A DNA stretch of 63,928 nucleotides, counting the filler, from Sluysia triapertura (Eukaryota), in assembly GCA_046118255.1 (NCBI GenBank). It is 5 parts of 5 records of this genome, joined end to end, with 100 filler letters (N's around TTAATTAATTAA, not from the genome) between each part and the next. Parts side by side here need not be neighbours in the genome. Positions count along the whole stretch, not along the records: positions 41,588 to 52,543 come from JBJNIA010190896.1; positions 52,644 to 63,928 come from JBJNIA010186358.1; 3 more parts are not named here. The stretch is one strand, 5' to 3'. The notes beneath the pieces are model-generated. The model did no database searches. It was not told the DNA's origin and saw only the letters and a program-made list of their open reading frames with translations. Below, piece by piece: positions 43,659 through 54,369 of this stretch (position 1 is its first letter; each line of letters begins with the position of its first letter). Position numbers and translations under genes: made by a program.

Positions 43659-44035
43659 CTCTATACTATACTTAGATAGTCAATTATAAAAATGGTAAAA
43701 TAATTTTACAAAATTAGGTTTTTTAAATTATTTTAATATAAAGTGAGATTAAATGGATAGCATAAACAAATTTGTTTCAAATGAATGTGTTATATGTTTG
43801 AGAAACCTTATAGGTAACATAAGTCAAAGTATTAAAATTGCTATTAGTGAATGTGGTCATCGTATTACTTAATATAGTTGAAGGTCTAACGTATCGGAAT
43901 CTCGATATCCTGTAAACGTTTCCAAATCTTATCTATCTAATGCATTTCACTTATATGATTTCATCTTTTAAAAATATAAATAACGTCTATTATTCCCAAT
44001 CTTACAGTTAATACGTTAGAGTCAGTAATAAAAAT

Positions 44036-44548
44036 CGGTGTTGATACACTTAATCGGATCACACTTAAAAACCACAGGTCAAAAAAATTTAAAATTATTT
44101 CTATTGTGTAATGCCAGATTATATATCTTTAAAGATGCAATTTTAGATCGAAATTTTATGCGCAATAACAAGATCTTTACGCAATTGATACACCTAACGA
44201 AAAAAATAGTATACGTACGTTAAAACTGTTGTAATTATTTATACAAGTAAGATCTTCCTTATTATCTTAAAAACTTACTTAAAAATTATTTTAAAAACTT
44301 ACAAAAAGGAAACATCAACTAAATTGAAGTAAAAATACATAAAAATACTAAAACAATTTAATTATAAGATACATATGTAATGGCTCGAAGATATGTAAGT
44401 ATATCCAAATAATAGAATCATATTTAGGCGTAAAAAATAACTACCAAATAAATTTTTATTTAAAAAGTAAATATTTAATCTTTTATTAAATTATTAAATA
44501 CAATTAACTGTGATCCGATTAAGTTTGATCAGATTAAGTGTCACCAAA
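44036..44548. mobile_element. TIR MITE, probably Tc1/mariner-pogo type
   Basis: ACTTAATCGGATCACA (44048-44063) is inverted at 44509-44524, with a second degenerate copy at 44526-44546. Confidence 0.6.
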
Positions 44549-45229
44549 TCTAAAAATCTTAATTTTTCTCTATTAGTACTCTGTTTTATCTATCAATAGA
44601 TAATATACAACTAAAAAACACAAGAATTATACAATGGTGTATAACTCTACATATATTAAGGTAACTTAATATCTGAGCGTAATGTTTATTATAATGATTT
44701 TATGAGTAGTATTAATCCAATAGTATTTCATGTCAAAATATATCTTAATTAACCAATAAAAACAAAATTAAACTTACGACTATTCAACAATAAATAAATA
44801 TGACTGAATCTCTTGACGATCTCAACACGTTTAATTGCATCAAAAATTCGTACGGATATCACCGCCTCTAGTCGAAATTTACTGGATCACCAAGGATTAT
44901 TTTGAATGTCGCTAAAGAATCAAAATGAATAACCGTAATTCATTATTTTTATATTATAATTCGTTAATTTGTAATAATTGTTTTTCACAGTTTAAGCTTT
45001 TTTCGATGAACAATTCCATCGACGCTCTCGCCAATTAATTGTTTAAACATGCTATTTATCATAACTGAATTTCAGAAAACAACTTCGGAGTTATATTTAT
45101 GTATATTATAAATTGTCTTACAATAAATACAATAGCATTATACTATCTATTACGAACATAAAAAATTAAAATAAATCTTATTTAATTTTAATCTTAATAA
45201 ATGGTGTAATAACTGCGCAGTTTGTTGTA

Positions 45230-48200
45230 GAAGGAAAAATACCTTTAAAGCAAAGGTACCACTTAAACCAATGCTCGTAAGATTATCACCAATGGAAATT
45301 ACGGCTGTGGATATAATGGGTCCATTACCAGAAACTTAGGCAAGAAGTAAATATATTATTTTTTGCGGATTACATAAATATAAGCTTACCCAGTGCCTAA
45401 CAAAAAGGCCAAAACTGTTCAAATATTAGTTGAAAAAATCATATATAGATATGGAGTTCCAAGAAAACTATTTACGAACCACGGTACGAATTATTAATCA
45501 ATTGCTAAAAATCTTCAATATATTAAGAATTTATACATTTCCTTCTTGAGAGATTTAGTAGAACTTTACTAATATAAATGATAAACAAACCGACTGAGAT
45601 TTATACATTGCTCCATGTTTGTTTGCTTGCAGAAGTTTTGTACATCCTGCTATTAACTTTACACCTTTTTGTTTAAAGTACGGTAGACGTACAAATATGC
45701 CAGTAGACTTAGAATTGATACCGCCAATTTCACAGTAACTGGAAGTTTCCGATTATGTTACAGAATCTACAAAATACAAAACTCTGGTCTACAAATAAGA
45801 TACTCTCAAGAATCATACAAAGATATATATGAAAAGAAAGCTAAGGAGCATAATTTTAAAATAGGAGATCTCCTAAGCTTCAAAAACATTTTAAAGGACC
45901 TTACGAAGTTATGAAAACGACTTTAGCTAATTTATTCGTTAAGGACCCGAATAAAATTATTCCTGAGACATTTACCGTACGTGTAAATCGATGTAAATTG
46001 GCACCAAATAATGAATATTACTAAAACTGCATTGAAAGTAGTTCCTAAGAAAAAGACAGAGACAAACCACATGTTATTTCTTCATCGGTTGACAAGTAAA
46101 TAATAGTGATGCTAAATTAATCACTAAATATAAATTTGATTAATCATATATCACAAAGCAACCAGATAAATCAGAGATGGATAAGAGTTGTTATTGAAAC
46201 TGGCATGAGTAACTATCGTTAATTACAATACGTTAACCACTTTAGAAATTGCCTTGATGCATCAACCAGTACTCACTTTGTATAGTGTAATCATACTCCC
46301 ACTGACATAAATGGAGTATTACAAATCCAAATTACGATCTTAGATACGAATGATTGTGTTACAATACTAGTATGAGATAAATATCCTTATGAAATAATTA
46401 TAGGATTAGATGTGATTAAACATTTAGAATATATAGTAATTCACATCAGACACTGATTTGTGAAATTACCATTAGGCTCAAGTATAATTTTACCACAAGT
46501 AGTTCTACCATCAGTAAATGCTCAAACAAATCCATACAACAAATTATGGTACAAATTATAGTACCACATGTCACTCCACTCCACTCACTCTACCAGTTGT
46601 TCATACACAAAACTTAACATCTAGATCTTCATCCGATAATACAGATAACTAAGATGTAACATCAGTTTCTTCCAAAATTGAACCTAATCATCCGAATATA
46701 ATGCTTTTTTCAACTCATAGTAAAAATACAACATTCAGAAAAAAACTATTATTCTTAATAATAGAATCACGGGTCCACATATATATATTAGAATCGAAGA
46801 AGAGATGAGAAGTACTAAAAATGCCTTACGATATATTCTCGAACAAACAATTTTACTTAAAAATTTTTACAAACAATATTGGATAATAAATCTGCGATAA
46901 AAATCCCTAGACATTCACTGCTAATTCATTGTATCTATCTCAAGCCGTTTTCATTATGCTAATAGGTTCACGTTGATAACACTTTCTTTGGTAGACACTG
47001 GAAGAAAATCTATTATCGAAAAATTTTACCAATCTCTTAATGAACGTACAACTTTATTCTATTAGTCATCTGTTTAATTACTCGAAACAATAACAACTTA
47101 CCCACATTTCATTCTAATATGGATAATGACCAATACTCTGTTCCTTATCGTTTAAGCTCCCAAACACATTAGAACTACAATAAATTCTACCACCGTTGTA
47201 GACTGCGCCACTAGTAATAATAGTTCATTTTTTCATTATGGAATTTAAATGACCCACCTACGATCCACATTATTAGCTTATGTTTATGTAGTATGCATTT
47301 GGCTATGCATATGTTTATGTAATATGCATATCGTTAAACCCTATGACACATATTCTACAGCAAACAATATTACAACAGCACCAATGGAGATATACACTGA
47401 AATTAAATCAACAAACGTCCAGTTAGAATGTTGTTTAGGCAGGTGTGTATATTGACTATTTCCATGGACAGGTTCTGAAATCGATGGATCATTTTTTGCG
47501 ATAACCTGTTCGAAAATAAATTTTTTAAGGGCACAGCTACTATGACCATAACAATAGATAATACAAAACTCGTATACGTTTAATAATATATATAGTAAGA
47601 ATAAAACCCTTCAAATTCTATGACAAATCAAAAATTCTTATATGCCCAATATTGGCTACTATAATGGATAGTAATATGGTGAGACTACAAAAATCCATTA
47701 GAAAGCCATGTTATACTTATAAATTATTACGAGGTTGAAATCAATCGTTTTGCTTTATTACCAACAAACTCGACTATCCTTTTACGTTACGTATCAACTT
47801 TTGTATTGCCAATAATTAAGATTAATGCCGTGGTCACACTTTGGATTATTGTGCGACTTTTCTGTACTAGTAATTATTGAATCATTATGTATGAAAGACG
47901 AATTTAGGATCAAACAGAAGTAAAATATCAATAAAAAGAATAACATAATAGTAAGGATAATAGATCAATCAATCCGATTCCGTTTAATTTCAACGACACG
48001 GTTATTAAAAATCCTACTTTTTATTTTTTATTATTTAATCCAAGTAATAATCATTATACTTTTCGCTCTGCTTACAATCAATCTTACAGTTTAAGCTACT
48101 AAATTTCATTTTTTAACTAAATTGCATTTTAGAAGTTTAAGAGTAGTATATTCCTCCTTTCAATAATTTGCTGGTAGCAGTGGCATCACTATTCATCTGG

Positions 48201-50213
48201 TCTTATTGACTCGAAAATACGGGATATCTTTTCGTAATAATATCCTAATATATTATTCTTAGGATTTTGTAAATTTTAAATTAAACTTAATTATATTAAT
48301 CTAATTTGCATTTTATTCATTTTTATAATATTTTACTTTCTTTTCAGTAATGGGATTCTCACGCTGTCAATTTGTCTTTGTCCTCTTCGTAAATATCAGG
48401 CCTACGCGATGTCTTGCACCCATTGCCTTCACAACAGGTGCACTTTCTTTCCCTACGATAAATCATTCACTGATTACCCATCTTGTACTCTATGTTGCCC
48501 GGCAATTACTTAGTGCAAGACATACTATAAAAATCATTACAAACACATTTATATTTTCGCTACCATATATATCTCCTCAAGCCTCTCTTCAATTATTACT
48601 TCCTTATCTTTAGTCAGACACGATAACCTCTTTCTACTACCATTTCTAAGCTAAGTCTTAAAAAATCTCACAATCCTCATTAGTGGTCAATTAGTAAGCT
48701 AATGGCCTCTTTCTTAAATGTACCGGTCTTTTATTTCAATTATCTTTACAATAAAATCAAATAGATTGTATATAAAAGTAGTTAATTAGTTAAGTATCTT
48801 TATAATCCCTCATTTATGTCAATAGTATTATTATAGATAAATCAACCACAAGGAAAAGTTTTTGTTCAAATCAAATCCTTCTACTAGGGCATTGATAGGT
48901 TCTGTAAAAAGACACTTCTTCTGCATCTTTTCTAAATTCCAAATTCACCCCAGCCCTTTAAATCAGAGATAACTGAAAATTTCATTACCCATCTATTCTT
49001 TTTATTGGCTAACCTTCCCTTGATAGTCGTTAATGATCCCTTGGGCTTTCCTTCTAACAATAATTCTATCATTTTGACTGTTTCGCATGGTGTTCTTAAA
49101 GTAATCATGATTTTGGCTTATTCCTCATTGCTCTTTCGGATCTATGGATACTCATCATTAAGTATTGAAAATTTCACAAAATTTCACACTATCGAAGTCG
49201 AGGCTGAGGAATACCATACTGCATGTACAGTGCTTTACTTTCTTTCCCCTAAAATTAATAAATCTTGCTTGAATCATCTTTAAGCCACTGACGTGCAGCT
49301 CTTTGATGAGTGTCAGGAATGTTTGACTTCCACATCTTCCTATCTTTGATGAAAACAAGCTAATATTTGTCGCATTTCAACACATTCTTGATGTTAACAA
49401 TGAACACTAGGTTAATCAACTAGGATTCATGCCCTATCACAAGAAATCCCATGCTACAGACATTATTAAGCCAGGATTCGAGTACAAAATCTCTCTTCGG
49501 CCAAGGACATAGACGATATTCGAAGATTCTGGTTTGCTTCGTTGCATGACAAATTCTTATCCCAATTTAGTTATTAAGACTTTGAATATTCCTTATGGTT
49601 GCTTGAGAGGGATCGTAAATCTCACGAACACATATCTTGTGTCCTTATCTTCAGCGACTCATTTCTTCTGAATAAACTTGAAACTTCTATTTCCGTTTTT
49701 ACTGAAAATGTCATGTTTTGAATTAATCACGAACAATATTTTACTGCTTGATTATTTAAGGGCCGTCAATCAGCAGAACCTACCTCCCCTTCTTCCTCTT
49801 TCTTCTTTTCCCTTACCTATTTGTTCTTCACCGTCTTATTCTAACCCTCCTCCTTTTTTTACCACAACTCCTCGCTCCAACAACGTCGGAGAGGTACTCA
49901 GCGAATACCACATAACATCTCCACCTCATATCGATAATGAGAGGTACACTCCTTTGACCCAGTTGCTGGACACGAAACATCGATTCACCTGTGTTGACCT
50001 GGACTACTCAGACGTCCAGTGGTACGCTCCTTTTTGATAAACATTTACACTGATAATAAAACTTTTTAATAATACTTACAATTTTATGATAACATCATGT
50101 ATATTATATTGTGTTATTATTTTGTTCGGATAATGAATACTTTGTATATATTCACCTTCTTATCCATTTTTTTGTTTTTTAAATTTGTGGAAAAATTTTT
50201 ATGAACAGGTAAG
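45230..50213 (+). mobile_element. Gypsy family X copy 2: 5'-truncated integrase plus about 4 kb of decayed extra coding region
   Basis: MEITAVDIMGPLPET...VEKIIYRYGVPRKL, and KHFKGPYEVMK (GPY/F) at about 45890. Collinear with copy 1 at 32100-32360 and 31340-31720. Confidence 0.85.
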
Positions 50214-50349
50214 TGATGTGAGGTTGTCATAACAACCCTTTTAGAATTTAAAGTACAACAAAACAGTTTGCAATATTAATTTAAACTTATTTTCTTAAAA
50301 CGAAATCTTATTTTCTAAAAAAGAGAATTCCTTACTAAAAATAGAAAAA

Positions 50350-50419
50350 GAAGTTTCTAGAATTTTCTAGAACATTCTAGAATTCTATTCACTTATGATT
50401 GGCTGTTGGCTTATATAAG
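50350..50419 (+). promoter_or_regulatory. HSE array (7 units) + CCAAT + TATA in LTR U3
   Basis: GAAgtTTCtaGAAttTTCtaGAAcaTTCtaGAA (50350-50382), ATTGG at 50398-50402, TATATAA at 50412-50418. Confidence 0.75.
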
Positions 50420-50612
50420 TAGCTGCAATTAGTCATAAAGAAACATAATCTTAAATTCAAATTTTGTAAACAAGACTCTATTTTGAAATTTGCTTAGTTC
50501 GATTTCGATTATCGGATTTTGGACTATTTCAGTTACTCAAACGGGCTTTCTGTGTATCTTTCATCAATTCCACAATATTAATTCCGCGTCTTTAGTAAGT
50601 TGTTTATGTTAA

Positions 50613-50683
50613 CACATTATGAGCGGGGCGGGTATTATTACCCGTTTTATGAACTGTACTTAAGAATACCCGCTCATAATGTG
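50613..50683. mobile_element. 71-bp piggyBac-type mini element / fold-back in the LTR
   Basis: TTAA-CACATTATGAGCGGG ... CCCGCTCATAATGTG-TTAA, a perfect 15-bp TIR. Confidence 0.7.
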
Positions 50684-51049
50684 TTAAGACAACTTATTAA
50701 AATGTACTAAATTACTTTTTATAATTATATTTCATTTTCCTCGATATAATGAGAAGAATTTTTGTAATTTAAAATTTAAATTATTAAATTAAAGATCCGT
50801 TTGGATTTTAATTTTACATTATAATTGTCAATTTTGTTTATATTATTTTTCATCGCTGTTGCTTTAATTTAGTAATTATTAATAAATTTTCGTTTTATTA
50901 ATCGTAATTGGTGTAAGTTGATCCTCGAGTGTAAGATTCTTTTAAGACTCACGATATAAGTAGTTTAATATAACCGTACCCTGCTAAATTTTTATTTTGT
51001 CGTAGGTTAGATTCAAGCAAACTATAGCAATTCGGTATCAATGCATTAT

Positions 51050-52250
51050 TGAATAAAAGACTAAGGTGGCTATTAGTTAGAATAATATTGGGTGGAAGAT
51101 GAGGTTCGGTGATTTAGCCTGCTAAACAATACGCTTTACAAAATGTTTTCATCATCAGCATAAACCAGATACTCTGGGAATGATATATCATTAATCGCGA
51201 AATCACCCTCCGATCGAAATAGTCGAAATTAGAGACGATATTGACAATATACAATGTATGCAGATTGGCACCCTACTTAATTGGAACAGTCTGTAATAAC
51301 ACTAATATATTTATAGCTAGTGATAGTGCCTTAATAAGTATCTCTGAGGAGATTAAGAGTATGTTGATGGAGATCCATAACGGAAATTGAGTACCGCATA
51401 AATTCCGAGATACAAACGGAAAAAGTTCCAGGAATGTAACGTCTAGTTCCTTCGATTTGGATGTCCTATTGTTAGCAGACGCAGAGTCTTCATATTATTC
51501 ATAGCTTAGGTTACCGCAACGGATCCAGTAGATAAAAAGATTATTGATTATTTTGGTGAAAATCACGGATCGCAATGGATCACCAGGACGAAACATAATG
51601 CTGTTGGGTTTAATGATGAGAGAGGGGTGACGCTTTTAACGACTTAGGAGTATGTTGGTTGCGCAGAACTTGTTTGATGTAACGCGAATGTGATTTTATT
51701 AGTGTGCATCGTCACTAAAATCTCAGTTACCGCATTCTATGAAACATGGAGGAAAACCCATATTTGAAGCATCATAAGAAGGAACAATAACAGCAGATGT
51801 CTGATGCTGAGGGAATAATAGCAAGAGAATCGGTTCCCTTTATTAAGTGGAAAACTTTGGTTGATTCGCCTGGAAAATCTTATAAGTTCATGGTGTCTTG
51901 AGGATGCTTTGACAACTATTGAGAACATTTTCATATGTTAGGGAACTTTGGGAGACAGAGTTTTTGAATTACATCACAGAATTAGGAGCCTCATCAATGG
52001 ACATGTTTCTTTCGCTGTTGTGGTGATTAAAGAGGAATTATAGTGATGGTTGAGGTTTTGAGTTTTTATGAATTTCCCTCTACTCATGAACTATAATAGT
52101 ATGCGTGATTTTCCAAATGGCAACAATGTTCAGAGTCCGGAATATAATAATATCCGGATTGAGTTTATATAGTGGCGCATTATCACGAATAAAGGACATA
52201 CAAGCAGTCTGTAGGATCTATTCGTGTAAAATAAGAAATTGCACTGTGAT
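51050..52250 (-). mobile_element. Non-LTR retrotransposon (LINE) RT relic
   Basis: Minus-strand FPEYLVYADDENIL (YADD, about 51150-51165), preceded in the expected order by IK*GANL (QGxxL), KELDVTFLE and MFRPG (GFRPG-like). Confidence 0.65.
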
Positions 52251-52543
52251 AAATCTAATCTCGGAATATAATCTTCATAAACAAAATTTTTAACGAACCT
52301 AACATATCCCAAATGAAAAAATAAAATGCATCAAGCAGAAATATTTATATTTAAATTTATATATAATTATATTTCCATATTATATTAAATTGTACTATAT
52401 AAATTTATATAAATATATGTATTATGTAAATTTATGAACATTATATTACTGTTCATTAATAAACAGCTTGAAACGTTAATAATAATAATAAATAAATAAA
52501 TTAATTAATTAATTAATATTGCCCTCATATCAACTGCAAAGTT

Positions 52544-52643
52544 NNNNNNNNNNNNNNNNNNNNNNNNNNNNNNNNNNNNNNNNNNNNTTAATTAATTAAN
52601 NNNNNNNNNNNNNNNNNNNNNNNNNNNNNNNNNNNNNNNNNNN
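52544..52643. other. Artificial contig linker
   Basis: 44N-TTAATTAATTAA-44N. Confidence 0.98.
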
Positions 52644-52808
52644 ATGAGATGATCGTGTTTACTTTTGAATGAGTTTAGTAGTTCGTTTAATAGTTTGTGT
52701 ATGTGTGTATTGTTTTTAAGTGATGAATTGTGATGAACTATATGAGATGAGTTATAGTGAATATCGTGTGATGAATTATGGTGAATTCCGTATGACGAGT
52801 TCCCTACA
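52644..52808 (-). mobile_element. LTR fragment of the same family as 11581-12210
   Basis: Shares aatgagtttagtagttcgttt.atagtttgtgtat and the terminal ttccctaca. No PPT adjacent, so a solo or 5' LTR, cut by the gap. Confidence 0.8.
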
Positions 52809-54369
52809 GGATATTTTCAATTTATTGAACAATCAGGACTCTAAAAATTCTAAGTAATAAATTAATTGATCTCAATATTCGTAATACAAGAATTAAAATA
52901 TTACTAAATTATGTTTAGAAAATTTAGAATTATCAAAGTTTACAAATTACGTAATAAGTGAATGTTTTATTAATTGTTTTTGTTAAAAATTATCTTTTTA
53001 AAAAAAATTGTATATTAATTAAAAATAATATATTAATTAAATAATCATGCATTAATTAAAAATTACTCATTCTTTTTCTTTAAAAGAGATTGCTTCCTTA
53101 TTGTAATTATAATATAGTACTATTTTTCTTATTATTTTTCTTTTATTATTTTTCTTTTACATTCTTTTTTATATTATTTTTATTATAATTTATTCTTAAT
53201 TTTACAAAATTTTCAGTGTTCAAAAATTATCGAATTTAATTTTACTTTTATATTTTTTGTGTATTTTAAAAGTAGCCAAATACTGGGAGTATTTCTTAGA
53301 TGAAATTTTTCACAATGAAATTTAATGAGACGTTAATTTCAAATATTAATTTCCTTTGCAAGTTTTAAATAGATTTAGAATAGACTATGACATTTATGAA
53401 ACATTTCTCAGAAATGACGTTGATGCAGACGAATCATTTCTCAGAATGGAATATGTGAAGGATTCTAGAGGAATTCAAAATATTATTGGAGGTTCAGTAA
53501 ATTTGAAAATTGTTTTAAACAAGATAAAAGAATGTTTTAAAATTGTTGATTATATTAATTGTATGTTAAATAATATAGTTAAATTCATCAAATTGCTTAA
53601 TTTGCAAAATAAATTAAAATATTATAATGAAAGTTCTCTGAATTTCCGTGTTTCTTTTTTCAAAATTTTCAAATAAAGAGTTACCGACCAAATATGTAAA
53701 GTCGTTGCACATTTGACGTGTAATCACTAAAAACATCATGTAACATTAAATTAAATATTCATAATAAGATTCCCATGCCGATAGTAAAAAAATGAAAATA
53801 CAAAAATAATGAAACACAAAGACTAATGAAAATTTTAAATTTGAATTTACGTGAATTAAAGACTAAAAGAGTTTATTTTTATGTTTCTCAAGAAAAGACA
53901 AGTATTTTAATGAAACAAGCTTTTGGAAGGGTCATAGTATCAGTTATAGAACATGATACGGTTATGTTTTATTTAGAGTCGTTTAAATTATTTAGCTTTA
54001 GTATAGATGTGTTTGATAGTATTGAAGAATTGGTAACTAGGTTGTTCATGAGGCAAGAAAATCTCTCGGAAATTATCAAAACCTAAAAGTTGTGTAGCCG
54101 GAAAGGTCGCTGATTGCCGAAGCTTGATTTTCTATGTTTGAAATGGTCTCTTATATAATAAAATGAACAGTAATGTTTGATATTTTATCTATGATTGCCG
54201 TTTTATCATTGTTATTTTTCCAATTCTTGTAATGTATAAGGACTTTTTGTGTTTTTGTTGTTCGATTTATATGATTAAGTAACTTAAGTCCACTTTTAGA
54301 AAGGTACGTGTTTTAGTAGTTTATAAATTTAATAATGCTTATCATAAATTAATGTTTTATAATCAAATT

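Larger units (their letters stand above)
50214..50980 (+). mobile_element. 3' LTR of Gypsy family X, copy 2 (right end approximate)
   Basis: PPT-like AACAGGTAAG then TGATGTGAGGTTGTCAT. Shares gaaatcttattttctaaaaaaga...ccttactaaaaatagaaaa...tatgattggct with copy 1. Confidence 0.7.
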
